Shown: piece after piece, positions 24,645 through 38,900 of the stretch
Position numbering within the stretch: the stretch's first letter is position 1
How the letters are laid out: each line of letters opens with the position of its first letter
Assembly: GCA_002104905.1 (NCBI GenBank)
Contig: MCFE01000274.1
Span: 41,866 to 105,865 of the forward strand
Length of the DNA stretch: 64,000 nt
Direction of reading: 5' to 3'
DNA from: Basidiobolus meristosporus CBS 931.73
Taxonomy: Eukaryota > Fungi > Basidiobolomycota
Made by a program: the position numbers and the translations under genes
The notes under the pieces: generated by a model
The model's input: the letters and a program-made list of their open reading frames with translations, nothing else
Told to the model about the DNA's origin: nothing
Database searches by the model: none

Positions 24645-27600
24645 TTAAATATCAAAACTTAGAGTGACATCACCGGCTTTCAGCTGAAGGCACCGATTGG
24701 AAACCCAGGCCAGTTCGTAAGTGATGTTGTCAAGATTCATGTCAGCGGGCAACACGACGTTGAAGGACTTGGATGGCTTATGTGAGGAGAGCATTGAGCC
24801 AATGCCGTTTCCGCTGGAATGCCCGGACCCTAGGGTTTCGGCCAGCATGCTGAGGAAGCCAACGCTAGGATGCCACAAGAATATGTACGACTCCTCCCGA
24901 GAATATCCCGCAATATATTTGCCATCATTCGAGATAGAGATCACCGTCACCGGGCGGGTGAACCCTTCCAAGACCTGCCAGCGGGTGGCGGTCCGCAGGT
25001 CATAGATCACTATGACCCCTTCGTTGGTTCCCACGGCAAACTTCTGTGAGTCGCCATGAAAAGCCACCGAAGGATACGTCTTGACAATTTCATGGAGCCC
25101 TGCCGTCCCTTCCTTAAGCAAAGCCTTGCGCATCTTGGGATCTCTTGGGTCCAGGGACTTGATAATGGCCTCGGTCAGCCGTGGGATGTAAAGCAGTAGG
25201 ATGTGAGGTTTCTTGTTAACTGCAAGAGAGATAAGCTTCAGGTAGGAATTCCTGTCCTTGGCTTCCTTCAACTGGAGCAGATCGGTTATCATCGTCGATG
25301 TGAATAGCTTGGGATTGGCAGTAGCGATTCGCAGTATGGACACCTTGATTAACCTGGATGCGGTGGGACTAGGATCATACAGCAGCGTGATCAGCGTGCG
25401 AAGCACTGCTGAGCCGTTCAAATGCGGTTCCCAGGTCGAGAAACCTCGGGAGATGAGCTCAATGGCAGCCAGTCGATAGGAGATTCTCGTGTCATCATTG
25501 AGCAAGAGAGTAAGGGATAGCGCGACGTTCTTGCGAACTCTGGATGGCAACATGTTCGGTGACTCCGATCCAATCACCCCCAGAATGATGGCCGACCGTG
25601 CCATCTTCTGGATATTCGACTTTTCGCTTGTAATGGAGACTGGCAACAAGGACTCCCAGTGCTCAACAACCGATTTGATCTCGTGGCTGGACATGCGATG
25701 CAGCACCGAAATGAACAAGGATCGGGCGGCCTGCTGCACATCCACCAAGGTGTCCTGCCAATATTTGGCAAGGAAGGACAATGAAGGTGACGAGTAATCT
25801 CTTCCCACGAAGTCGGGCAAGCCACTTCCGAACTGAGCAATCATATTGCTGAGCTCATCACTGCTGACTAAGTAATACAGGGTCAGAGGCCGCACAGTCG
25901 CATCGTCAAGCACTTAATACAATACCTTTGTGCGGGAGGATAAGCTTCACCAAGGACATAAGTCCGAGCAGGAGCGAGGATGTCAAGGTCGACGAAATGC
26001 ATAATTTGGCTCTATCGGTAGACTCCTGAGGAGCTAGGATCGAAAGATTCCCGTTGGCTCTAAGACAGAAAGTAAATATCTCCCTTCACGATGTGTGCCA
26101 GAATCGATAGAAACAAACCCTTTCAAACCGTACGCCATGGTCTTTCGCGGGAAGATCAATTTAGCATCCAAAAGCTGGTCGAATGTCTCATCAACCGAGG
26201 GGGTCAGCAGAGAAGCGAAGACCGATTTCACGAAATCGATGTCGGCAGGGTGATCGGGCACGTAGTCCGAGGTGCCAGCCTGAGTCGCATAGGTCCGCAT
26301 GGTGTCCGATTTGGCAATACTGCCATGAGCCGAGTTGGGCAATGCGTAGTAGTTATCAGAAATCAAGCGTTTGATGTTAATCGACACCGTGGTGATCTGG
26401 GAAATGCCGTTCGTTCCGCAGTAGATCGGGGCGAGAGAGATCGTCTTTTTGTTCATGTCAACCTCTCTGAAGCAGTTGCTGTTGATCACACTTGATTCCA
26501 GCCCCTTTGAATCTGGCGCATCGGCCTGTGTTTTCTCGTATTCAACGAAGCGAGAAGCCTCCTTGTTGTAGACCCACTCAAAGGACTGGCCGTCTTCGTA
26601 GGAGATGCAGACGTAGTCCTCGCCACTCCTCCACTTGAATCCCCGGATCTGGTGCGGATATCCTTCAAAACAGTGGACATAAGCCCCGTCGCTCAATGAA
26701 ACAACTGAGATCGAATTGTCCTTGGCGATAACAAACACCGATCGCTGAAGTATCCATCCAGTCTCTTCAGGTGGTTGAAGCACACGCAGAATCTCCCGAG
26801 AATGGTTGCGATAAGCGTAGATCAACTGGAATGTGTGCAAATCCCAGAGGCACACCAATCCGTCGTGGCCGCCCGACACGAGCCACGTGATCCCCTCGTG
26901 TAAGGTATTCATCCTTGGTGAAAATAGACAGGTCACTCTCCCCACATGACCATGCAGTTTGTGAATATGCTCAGTGTCCACCGAACTTGGATCCGCGAAG
27001 GCATCAGAGAGCCCAACCAAATAGATCTCACCGCTCTCAAAGCCACGAACAAAGTAATCAAAGCCGGCTATAATTCCGCAGGTGACTTGGTGATCCTTCA
27101 ACTCCCCGGGCCACAGGTTGGTGAGGCAGACATCTATTGCAGAGCACTAAGTATTTGTGAGCAACCAACCCTACGCTAAGAACTTACCGATTTCAGGCGA
27201 TTGGGGTTCGCTGGCCTCCAGTGTAATGTCATCTAGCAAATTCCATGCACAGAACTTCTGTGTATGCGCTGCATTAAACAGACCCAGCATAAAGGAGCTT
27301 GGCTTCTTGTGCAAAATACACATTTTCCCCTTCGATCCCTCGTTGTGTGTGTAGGTGCTCACGGCCAGTGCGCTACAACCAAAGAATAAGCTTGAGGTAG
27401 CCTTGTGATGAAACAGGTAAACCAACCTCGTAGACTCTGTGAATGATTCCGAAGACTGTATGTGAGATAGGATTTCAGCTAGATCGAATTGTGTAGCCAA
27501 CCCAGCCTAACAGCCTGTAGATTAGTCACCGTTGTGCATTTGAAGAATTCAGGTCAGTAATCTTACTTCAGTCCACAGCATAATCCTTTCGCCAGACAGA

Positions 27601-28778
27601 AAATCCCCCTTGCACCATGACTGCCCTTCCGGGGCAGGAACGGTGGCTATCTCATTGAACCGATTCATGGAAATCATCAAAACCTTCAAATGCTGTAAGT
27701 GACTGAAGTCAATCGCCAGAATCGTGGCGTATTACCTGAGCTGTTCGACGAGAAATAACGAGAACCAGACGCTCATCGTGCTCACTGGCCTCCATACTGA
27801 GTGCTCTCGACCCAATGGAATAAGTGGATATCAGCCGTAAATCTTCCGAGGCGTTTAAGGCGTTTGAGGACGCCGACCATAACTCCAGCTGTCCATCGAA
27901 CGTACTGATCGCAAAGGTATAGGTGTTCGGGGCTAGGTTAAGGTGTTCGTGTTGAATAATAAGAATAGATGTAGATGCAGCCATCAGACTAGTTACTTGA
28001 TTCATATAGCGGAATGCAAGAAACCCAGTTGCTATGGGTCCAACACCTCAGGATCTAAGAAACCGGGTCTTATTCATCAAAGAGCTCCACTGAAATTTTG
28101 TTGGTCATGTATACCCACCTCAAGAGAGGCTGCGTCCAGGATGTACACGCTATTCGATCTTCCAGAGCATACTATATACTGGCGAGGGCTCGAGCACTGA
28201 TGTTTTCCGTTCCATTCGAACGCGTAAGTGCGGGGCTGTATTATACACTATCATCTAAAACCGTACCTTCTCGGCTTTTGGAAATACCACCATGTTACTC
28301 ATTTTTCCATCAAACGATTTGCTTGCGCTCTGAAGGCAACGGCCGTCTGTGAGGCTCCATTTCATGATCTCTCTAGGGGACCTATCAGTTCATCGACAAG
28401 TACACAGAGGCGATAGGCTTTACTAACCCATCCTCTGACATGCTGAGCAAAACCTGCTCACGTCCTTCCACGTCATTCTCGATCTGAAGGAAATCTAGAC
28501 TGGTCACTGGGGCTTTGTGGCCGATTAAATATGCTTTGTATTTGAGCTAAGAGCGAACGTAGCGGTGAGAGTCTGAAGCATCGAAGGAGATCTACGTAGC
28601 GAAGCAAACTTACGCTGAGTTCTTGGTTGGAGGCTGAGTTGTTCAGAGAATATATCCAGATCCGACCGTCTCGATGTCCAGAGACTAGATTATCTCCATC
28701 GCAAGCTATCACCTCTATGAAGGAATCAGGCACTTTGTTCCATTGAGCCAAATGAACAGACAATGCGGCAGAGGCCAT
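24645..28778 (-). CDS. WD40-repeat protein, WDR7/rabconnectin-3beta-like, multi-exon
   Basis: LHGHVGRVTCL...VSGGHDGLVCLWDL; WQD..VDVQQAAR; C-terminal YPSVAFH...FAVGT.EG...IYDLRTA. Confidence 0.8.
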
Positions 28779-29580
28779 AACGACAACAACGCTCAGTCGA
28801 GGTGTTTTTTGAAGTAATTACTTGGGATTAACCAAAATAGGGTAATAGAACTAAGGGATTCTTGGAAGTTTGTTACGAAATATGGCTTTCAAGCCTAAAA
28901 TATGAATTTGGTAAGTGGGTACTACCACCACTGGGACTCGATGCGAAGAAGTATAATGGCGCGATTTAATGTTACTTATTATATTCATTTACTGGGTGGC
29001 AAGCATTAATTTAAGTCACGTTGACATTCTTAAGGTTGATCTCACTCTACCCATATGATATGCCATATGTTTAAACACACAAAAATATATACACGAAGAG
29101 CTTAGCGTAGAGGGTGGCTTTTTATCCTGTTGTGACTTATTTTTAAATGTCTCCGTTGGCCCTCATTCACCTGGCATCTGTGCATGGGATCGCTAGTGTT
29201 CACCTATTCGTTCATTTGATATCTTTCACGCCGTTTCACTTCGTATAGTCGATGATTTGGTGGGGATCTAGTGAACAGTCTACTTGATCCAAGATGGTTT
29301 ATTGTACGGTTTATTGTACGTATACAGCCTACAGTGAAGGCAGGGGTTGGCTTCACAAGTATTTTTCCAAGCATTCTGATATTAGTAAAATCAGTAATGG
29401 CACATGGAATAATCTGGAATAATTTCGAGTGAAGTTATGCATTTTGATTCAATTTAGCAAACTTTTCACAACATTGATTTTCTTTTTTTCTGGGAAATAT
29501 GTGAGCTTGTTTATAGAGTGCCGTTTTGCAATAAGCACTTTGCTGTCATTCCTACAACTACCTCCTAGCATCTACATAAT

Positions 29581-30747
29581 ATGGCTGAAACCACTGGTCA
29601 AAACAAGACACCCACAGTCGTACTGTGCATTGGTATGGCTGGATCTGGCAAGACAACCTTTATGCAGGTCGGTGTTATGTGCACAACTGGTGCATCTCTC
29701 AGCGTTACTAACTCTTCCACTTCAGAGAGTCAATGCCCACTTGCATTCGGAGAAAAAGTCCCCTTACGTAATCAATCTGGACCCAGCAGTCAGTCACTTG
29801 CCTTTCACCGCCAACATAGACATTCGGGAAACTGTAAACTACAAAGAAGTCATGAAACAGTAAGAGACGGTCGGCCCTTCCGTTCCACAAACAAGGCAGA
29901 TCTTACCCTTTCGCTTATGTAGATACAACCTTGGACCCAACGGTGGAATTCTTACTGCTTTGAATCTGTTTACCACCAAGTTTGATCAAGTCCTAAACTT
30001 TGTGGAGAAGCGTTCCTCCTCTACCGAGTAAGATAGCCTTCAACCCCTTGCGATCATTTCGACCCCCAAATAACCCCGCTGTTTCTAGCTATGTTGTAGT
30101 CGATACTCCTGGACAAATCGAAATCTTTACCTGGTCCGCTTCTGGCGCCATTATCACCGACACTTTGGCCGCCACCTACCCAGCCGTGGTTGCTTATATT
30201 ATAGATACACCAAGAACCACCAGCCCAGCTACTTTCATGTCCAACATGCTCTATGCATGCAGGTGCGACATTAATTTCATCACTTCACGAAGAGTGACCG
30301 TTTCTAACGAAAATTTATTCCAGTATTCTGTACAAGACGAAGCTACCATTCATTCTCGTGTTCAACAAGACTGATGTCGTATCTCATGAATTTGCCGTTC
30401 AATGGATGACCGACTTCGAGGTATTCCAGCAAGCCTTGGCCAAGGACTCGAGCTACATGTCTTCTCTCATGAACTCGATGAGCCTCATGTTGGATGAATT
30501 TTACCAACATTTGCGTGTCGTGGGCGTGTCTGCAGTGACCGGGGCTGGAATGGACGACTTCTTCAAGGCGGTTGACGAAGCCAAGGTGGAATACGAGAAG
30601 GACTATAAGCCCGAGATCGAAAGGTTGATCAAGGAGAAGCAGGCCAAAGAGGAGGCTCGCAAGCAAGAGCAACTCAGCAAATTGATGAAGGACATGAAGG
30701 TCTCAAAGGGCAAGGAGGTTGACATCACACGACAAGAGCAGGAATAA
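29581..30747 (+). CDS. GPN1: GPN-loop GTPase 1 (Npa3/XAB1)
   Basis: [10 protein letters not shown]-loop, [28 protein letters not shown]; four introns. Confidence 0.95.
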
Positions 30748-31077
30748 GTAGATTTCTTGGTTCATTATGATTAGATTATTAGTAAATGAGGATTGTGTAA
30801 ATAAACGAACAGATCTGATTCAATCTTTAATCTCGCTTCGCCCGCTCTCAACGAGTGGAGAATCCTGTTGAGTGATTTTGGGCGGCAAACAAGGAATCAT
30901 TTTTTTCAACTAGCGCTGCGGGGAAATCAATGGGTATCATTGGTGGCTCATTGACAGTCAAATTTGATTGTCCACGGCCACTTAAATATTTTGAATGAAC
31001 TCTGAAATCTCGTAGAAGATTTTTATCTTTCAGGAATCCTTATCTGGGAGCAACATTCACCTTGCATTACGGTACTA

Positions 31078-33285
31078 ATGTTATCGTTGGGCAGATTCCG
31101 TTCAAATGGCCTCTTGAACACTTGGTCGGCCTTGAGCCACCGGGCCGTATCGAAGCCTAAGCTCCTTCTGAGGAATCAGTTCCACCAAAGCGCAAGAACC
31201 CTCGAGGAGAGCCCTATTGTCCCTGCAACTCTCAAACAGCCAATCAAGAAGGCTTTCCCAAAGGTAAAAAGAGTTTTCACCGCACAAAATGTGTCCTCCA
31301 ATCCTTCTGGGCCGGGCGCCCTCTCCAAGAACGCCGCGGACGATGTGCCGATCCCTCCCAACAAGATCCAATACAAAGGCAAAGTTACCCGGCCTATTGC
31401 CCTGCAAATTCTCCGATCACGACTGGCCCATTTGCAATCGGATCCGAAGTTTTTGAAGCACTGCGAAGACCTTGGAATCACCGCCGATGTGTTCAAGCAA
31501 ACCAGCGTCTATTTTGCTCAGGCGGTGTTGCGTGGCCAAGTCCCAAGGTGCACAGCGCAGGACCTGCTCCCCATCATCTCCGAGGAAGGCCAGGAAGGGG
31601 TGGATCGCTTCCTGTCTTCGGCCTTCTTCACCTACATCGAGGAAAACCTGTCGGACGAGAACCTGGAAACCCTCAACTCTCTCCGGGAAATCACTGATCT
31701 GAGATATCCAGGCGAATGGTATCCTGCTGCCAGATCGATGCAGCGCAAGATCATCATGCATGTAGGACCAACCAACTCCGGTAAAACCTACAACGCCTTA
31801 AAGCGCCTGGAGGAATGCGATAGTGGTGTCTACTGCGGCCCACTTCGTCTCTTGGCCCTGGAGATTTTCGAAAGAATGAACAAGAAAGGCAAGCAGTGCA
31901 ACCTGGTAACTGGGGAGGAGCAGCGCATCATCTGTGATGAGGCACCGCTCATCAGTTCCACGGTGGAAATGGTTAATTTGAAGAAGCGTGTAAAGGTTGC
32001 CGTGGTGGATGAAATCCAAATGATCGCCGACAAGGATCGTGGATGGGCCTGGACACAGGCGGTATTGGGCTTGCAGGCGGAAGAAATCCATTTGTGCGGT
32101 GAGCCCTCTATCGTTCCACTTGTCAGCGAAATCTGCGCAAATTTGAATGAGGAGGTGGAGGTTAGAAAGTATGACCGTCTGAGCTCGCTGAAAATCCTCT
32201 CCCATTCCCTGAACTCCTCATTCAAAAACATTCGCAAGGGGGACTGTGTCGTCACTTTCTCCAGAAAGAATATCTTCGCCGTCAAAAAGGCTATCGAGCA
32301 AGAAACCAAGCTCAAGTGTGCAGTGATTTATGGCAGTCTGCCCCCCGAGACCCGTTCTGAGCAGGCCAAGCTCTTCAACGACGCCAATAGTGGATACGAC
32401 GTGCTTGTTGCTAGCGATGCCATCGGCATGGGTTTGAATCTCAACATCCGTCGTGTGGTGTTCGAAACTCTACTCAAGTTCAACGGGATTGCCATGAGAC
32501 CAGTGAGCTTGTCGCAAATCAAGCAGATCGCTGGGCGCGCTGGACGATTTGGTACTGCTTATGACGTCGGTGAGGTAACCACTCTGGATCACTTTGATCT
32601 CAAGATCTTGCATCGTGCCATGAAAACCTCTCTCCCTACTGTTCAGCATGCTGGCCTTCAAGCCAACGTCAACGTTGTTGAGATGTTTGCGTACCAATTC
32701 CCGGATGACTCCTTCTCCTCGCTTCTCAGTAAATTCGAAGATCTTGCCAAGGTCGACGGCCGTTACTTCTTGTGCAACTTCAACAACCAAAAGCGTATTG
32801 CTGACCTGATTGATGAGTTGCCGATGTCCATCCAAGAGCGTTACCAATTCGTGACCGCACCTGCCAATATCAAGGACCCAGTTGTCTCCAAGAGTTTGTT
32901 GCAATTCGCAACTGATTTCAGCGACGGCGCTATCAGTCCATTGGATATGCATATCAATCTTCCTTCCAAAGCGCCCAAAAGCATGGCTGAGCTCAAAAAC
33001 CTGGAGGCCTATCACCGTGTTATCTTGCTCTACATGTGGCTCAGTTACCGCTTCCCCGACATTTTCAATTCGAGCGATTCCGCACGTCAGCTCAAGACTA
33101 CATGTGAAGGCCTGATCAACGAGAGTCTCAGAAACATGCACTTCGCCCGCAAAGCGCCACCCCGCCACAAGAAGGAGAATGACATTTTAGGATTTAACGA
33201 GACATTCCCTACCAAGGACCTGTTGTTTGATCGCTCCACAGATCCGAACCTCATCCCCGTGAGTCCAGCAGACAAAATGAAATAG
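31078..33285 (+). CDS. SUV3: Mitochondrial RNA helicase SUV3
   Basis: HVGPTNSGKT, YCGPLRLLA, DEIQMI, QIAGRAGRFG; basic N-terminal presequence; intronless. Confidence 0.95.
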   Translation: MLSLGRFRSNGLLNTWSALSHRAVSKPKLLLRNQFHQSARTLEESPIVPATLKQPIKKAFPKVKRVFTAQNVSSNPSGPGALSKNAADDVPIPPNKIQYKGKVTRPIALQILRSRLAHLQSDPKFLKHCEDLGITADVFKQTSVYFAQAVLRGQVPRCTAQDLLPIISEEGQEGVDRFLSSAFFTYIEENLSDENLETLNSLREITDLRYPGEWYPAARSMQRKIIMHVGPTNSGKTYNALKRLEECDSGVYCGPLRLLALEIFERMNKKGKQCNLVTGEEQRIICDEAPLISSTVEMVNLKKRVKVAVVDEIQMIADKDRGWAWTQAVLGLQAEEIHLCGEPSIVPLVSEICANLNEEVEVRKYDRLSSLKILSHSLNSSFKNIRKGDCVVTFSRKNIFAVKKAIEQETKLKCAVIYGSLPPETRSEQAKLFNDANSGYDVLVASDAIGMGLNLNIRRVVFETLLKFNGIAMRPVSLSQIKQIAGRAGRFGTAYDVGEVTTLDHFDLKILHRAMKTSLPTVQHAGLQANVNVVEMFAYQFPDDSFSSLLSKFEDLAKVDGRYFLCNFNNQKRIADLIDELPMSIQERYQFVTAPANIKDPVVSKSLLQFATDFSDGAISPLDMHINLPSKAPKSMAELKNLEAYHRVILLYMWLSYRFPDIFNSSDSARQLKTTCEGLINESLRNMHFARKAPPRHKKENDILGFNETFPTKDLLFDRSTDPNLIPVSPADKMK

Positions 33286-33657
33286 ACCAATAGAGACGCT
33301 CATTCCCTATAGCTTAATTTCACCCCATTCCAGCCTACACACATTCTATTCATGATTGTATTATACAACTTCTTTTCTTTATAAACTGGTAATCGCTGCG
33401 GCAATTCAGTCAACAGTCACTATGTAATAATGACCAAGTAATCTATGCATAAATGCTCAATTCCCATATCTATCCCCACATCAAGATGATTTTCCGCCTA
33501 ATACCAAGATGGAAAAATTGCTTCTAAAATCGAGCCAGAAGATCTAGTCCTATGGGTGTTTGGCATATTCATTTATGGGGACTTCATGGTGGTTTTCGTA
33601 TTTGAGCATTCAATCTTCAACCTAATTGCTCTTTTTGTCAGTCAAGCCCATAGAGGA

Positions 33658-35599
33658 ATGCTTCAAGCGTTTCATATACAACAGGCTCGCAACCAACGGT
33701 CTCAGAAACTACTGATACTCGGAGCCCTACTACCTATCTCTATACTTACCTCCATAGCACCACTCATTACTCCGCTACTGCTGCAACTTGATGAAACTTC
33801 GGAAACCGGCACTACTCCTTACACTTCTTCTAAAGGTTATCCCAGCTTCTTTCTGTTTCCAAGATATGCTTGTTCATGTGTCTTTGTTTTCTATACAGAA
33901 ATCTTTGCGTTACTCGGAGTTGGTCTAGTAGGCAATGTGCTTGCCAATGTAGCACTCCACATACGGTTCTCCGAAAATTACATCACCTTCGCAACTGCAA
34001 TTTCAATCGCAGGAACACTACTCAATGGTAAATCGAGCACTGAAACGTGTATTGTCGTTGGCCCGAATTCTCAAATCCCCATTTTCCTTTCTAGCTGTGG
34101 TCTCTTTGATATCGATTGGATTAACAGTTCACAAGCATCAATCGACCCCCGGTCTACTCTTCTCCGGGGAATTTATTGTGCTTTGTATTGTCTCTTTCTT
34201 GGATTGTCTGATAGCCAGCCTGCTTATATGGGATTGGTGTCGTACACAGAATTTTGAGCTAGAAGGTATGGTACACAAAATATACGGCTGTCCGCTCAGT
34301 GTACTAGTTGCTTACTTTCTCGCTCCCTCGTTCAGGAAAAGGAATTACAAACCGTCACCAAACGTTGGTTTATTCGGTCACAGTCACATCGTCGTGGGCG
34401 TTTGTTGGAGGCCTAGTTTTTAGTCTGATGCAAAAATGGTCATATTTGAGTGCGCTATTTTTCAGTCTTGGTAGAGTGAATCGTTTTTTCATGGAAGGAA
34501 CTGATGTTAATCTAGTTATCCGTTAGTCACCATTACGACCATTGGATTTGGTAACCAAGTACCGCAAACTACATTGACCCGGGTGTTGGTCATGATTTAT
34601 GCCTTTGTTGGAATCGTATGCATCGGTTTTATGTTTGCAGTAGTAAGGCTTACAGTCAAGGAGTCAGTTCAGGCCAAATGTACCCTTAAGGTGGCACAAT
34701 ATCGCGAACAGCGGAGACGAGAGCACGAAATCGAAAATGCCCAACATCGCCCACTTTCACTATCGATCTCCGAATTGGCGCGCACTTTGGCATTGCAGCC
34801 ATTTGAAAATTGGGACGATGTTAGAAAAAAACAAATCCACGAAGAGCAGGATGAGATTGGTAGACTGCGAAGATACGCCTTGATCAATGCCTTGGTCTTC
34901 TGGTAAGTGGTTCCCTTGGGTTGCTTGGATTTTCCGGTGAGTTGACCCAGTTGGTAGGATTATCGGCAGCACTATTTTCTACTTCACTGAGCAGCAGTGG
35001 AGTTATTTCGAGTCACTCTATTTTTGTTTCATCGCCTTTCGAACCATTGGTACGTATAGCAATTTTCATCCCGGTCTGGACTGATTCTCAAGTGGACTCT
35101 AGGTTATGGAGATTTCGTGCCTACGTCTCCTTTTGGTCAGGCGATATTTGTTTTTTATGTCTTTTTTGGTGTTGGTACGGTGACATATCTGGTCTCTGTG
35201 GTTACCGAGGACTTTTCCAAGCGGCTGAAGCATCACGTGATCAACGTAGAGCGCAAACGCAAGATAGACGAGACAATCTCCAGTGGCCCGTGTGCTGCCG
35301 AAGATTCCGATCACAGACAACTTACATCAGAGCAGGTCAAGGAAATTGTTAAAGTAGCAAAAAAGCTGGAGAGGAATATGCAGAGAATTATCAAGCGAGG
35401 AAACAACCAAATGAATAACGGAGCAATCCGCCGTAGAGCTAGCTTTAGTGTGAACGAGGATGGAAGCAGCAGCTCGGGTGTTCGAACCAGCGGACCAAAG
35501 CCAGAATGGGCTTTGATGTCAAGCTATCATGAGAAATTCAACCGAATCATTGCCGTTGTTCAAAATCATCTAATCAACGAAGGCTTTGCTGCTACTTGA
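33658..35599 (+). CDS. TOK-type two-pore-domain K+ channel, multi-exon (start codon uncertain)
   Basis: Two pore loops, VTITTIGFG (~34527-34553) and FRTIG|YGD (intron-split, ~35040-35112), preceded by several hydrophobic helices. Confidence 0.8.
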
Positions 35600-35909
35600 A
35601 TGATCTGGTTCTCAATGTAGATATACCATGTATCATATCTTGGTGCTGTATCTTTATGGCATCCCCCATTGTAATTTAACTCCTCTTTTCCCTAATTAAA
35701 CTAATTGTCTTCAGAAGCATACATAAATGGATGACCTCATATATCAACGTTGATGCAAGTATCTTAAATTGATTGTTTAAAAGAGCTCTGCAATTTTCGC
35801 CAACACTTACCCATGAATGTGTGAATATTTTGTCAAGATAGTTGCTATTAGCATAAAGTCAAAAGGCTTATCCTTGCTCATCCACACCCATTAGTCAAAC
35901 TCGTCATAC

Positions 35910-38900
35910 ATGGATCGCTCACAAAGATACCAAAAGCCTAGAGAAGGCTATGGCTCGCATCGAGGAACCGGCACATACCGCTTCGAGGAAAAACGAACTC
36001 CACCAGCCTCTGCAACAAAAGACAGATACGTTTTACCGTTCCAATCCATCGACGAGTTAAGAAACCAGCCGAAGCTTCGCATCAATCTCCGTAACGTTTC
36101 TTTTTCAGCCACCGCGACTGAGGTGAAACAACTTTTCTCGCAATTTGGTCAAGTAGCGGTCTGCTCCCTGGATAAGGACGAGTACACTGAGCGTCCGCTA
36201 GGGACTGGTCAAGTGACGTTCATTCCTCCACCCGGGAACTTGCTCTTTCTATCTAGACCGTTGATACTTCACCGGAGAGCGCTGCAGCTCGAATTTCCGG
36301 AGAAGTCGAACTCCAAAAAGCCACCAAGCAACGAGGCCTTTGAAGCAAAGCTTCTGCAATTCGGCTCACTAGTAAGGCCGAAGGAATACCTCGTAGGGTG
36401 GGAAGTGACGGAGGACATCAATTTAAGCATCGACTATAGGATAAGAACGATCAATCTACAGTTCGGCACCCATGGCCGGGTATACAAATTAACGTCAAAC
36501 TTCAAAGAGGTGGAGCACGAGATTGCGGTGCAAAGCGACGAGCGTCAGCTCACCTTGATCATGGCGTTCAAATATCCACCGCGATTCTGGATCAAAGACG
36601 AGAATCATGTTAGTAAGGATCGGTTTCATTGGAGCTCCAACGACTGCTGGAAACGCATCACACGACTCCAAATGGGGCCAGCCCCCGTGAGGAAAGGACC
36701 TCTTACAATCTACTATTCAGACGAAGAGGTGCAGTTGGGGAACTGGAGAATCTATCGGCTCCACTTCCATGCTGATGTCAATAGCTGGATGAGATACCGA
36801 TTGGCTCAGTTTATCAGCAAGGCCACCAGATACAACTTGATCCGAAGAAACAGCATCTACAGCACCATGGAGATCTCGCCCAAGGGCAAATACCCGCGTC
36901 CACGCATAGACATCACCTCGCTTCCATTCGAGCTTCAATACATGGTCGAATGCCTGCTCTCTCATGATATCCTCAACGAGTACTGTGTCACCCAGGGGCT
37001 GGTCGATCTATTACTGAGCCTAGCGCCTAATGTATCGCTGACCATACTGAAGCTGATGAATGGACTCAAAGAGCCCGTATACGATGCTGTGGAATTCATC
37101 CAAGCCCGAGCCCTTGAGTACGATCGGATCTATCGCGCACCGGAAGCGACGGCCGCCCATACGACCTTGATACGCAAGGTGAGCGTGAGTCCGTCGAAGG
37201 TTTACATTGAACCGCCGAGCATAGAGACATCCAACCGAGTCATCCGCCATTTTTCGAAAGAAAAGGACAATTTCCTTCGGGTCAACTTCACTGAGGAGGG
37301 CCTGCTCAAGATCGGAGTAAACACCGTCACGTTGGGCCAGGTGTACAATCGGCTTTACAATGTTTTGCTTCATGGGCTCACCATTGGCAACAAGCATTAC
37401 GAGTTTCTGGCCTTCTCGTCCAGCCAGCTGCGTGAGCACGGATGTTGGTTTTTCGCCTCGACCGAGAATGTAACCGCCCATTCGATTCGTCACTGGATGG
37501 GGGACTTCCGATCCATCAAGAACATTGCCAAATACGCGTCTCGAATGGGGCAATGTTTCTCCAGCACCCGAGCTATCGCTACGCAACCTGTGAAGGACAT
37601 CCAAATGATACCGGATATCATTCGGAATGGATACACCTTCTCCGATGGCGTTGGCAAGATTTCCCCGTCTCTGGCCAAGAACATCTCCAGAATACTCGAC
37701 TTGGAGCCAGTCCCCTCTGCCTTTCAATTTCGTCTTGGTGGCAGCAAGGGAGTGCTTGCATTGTCCCCCTACATGCGTGGGGATCAGGTGCATATAAGGC
37801 CCAGCCAGGTGAAATTCGAGTCGGACCACAACATCCTTGAAATCGTCAAAGTAGCCACTTACATCCCGTGCTACCTCAATCGGCAGATCATCACATTGCT
37901 ATCCACTCTAGGCGTCCCGGACACTGTATTCCTGGATCTGCAGCAACAAATGATTAAGCAGCTCAGCACCATGTCGACGAGTGACGCAATGGCCATCAAG
38001 GTATTGACGCAAAACGCAGATGAGTACGGGATCACCCGTAGAATGGTCGAACTTATCCGGGCAGGCCACCGTATGCGACAAGATCCTTATCTGGTGAATT
38101 TGCTCAAACTTTTCCAGATCTCACTGCTGAAGGACGTCAAACAGAGGGCGCGCATCCATGTTCCCAAGGGATGCCTTCTTATGGGTGTGCTGGATGATAC
38201 CTTGAGTCTTCGAGAAAACCAAATTTTCCTGCAGTACACAGACCCGGAAAACCCAACGGAGCGAAGGGTTGTGGAAGGCCCGTGTATCGTTACTCGGAAT
38301 CCGTGCTTCCACCCTGGGGATGTCCGTGTGGTCGAAGCAGTCAATGTCAAGGCTCTAGCTCACCTATACAACTGCGTGGCATTCTCTGCACTTGGCTTCC
38401 GGGACGTTCCCAACCAGTGCAGCGGCGGTGACCTTGATGGAGACTTTTACACGTACCGCAGCTCGCTCGTCTATTCTGTAAACTCGGCTAACCTCTGTTT
38501 CTTAGGGTAATCTGGGACCAGGAGCTTATACCGCCAACCAGAAACTATCCTCCAATGGAATATGACCCACCGGTTCCAGTGAAGGTGGATGAAGTGAACA
38601 TGGATCATGTCAAGAAATTCTTTGTCAACTACATAGCCAGCGATAACCTGGGTCTAATAGCAAACGCCCATCTGGTTCATTCAGACCGCCACCCCGATGG
38701 CGCGTTTAATGGGATTTGCTTACGACTAGCGCAGTTGAATTCGCTCGCTGTTGATTTCCCAAAAACCGGGGTGCCCGCAGAATTCGAGCCGGGCCTGAGG
38801 GCCAAGGAGTATCCGGACTTTATGGAGAAGCCGGAAGGGATCCTGACTTACAAATCGACCAAAGTTCAAGGGAAGATGTATCGCTCCATAGTCACTCACG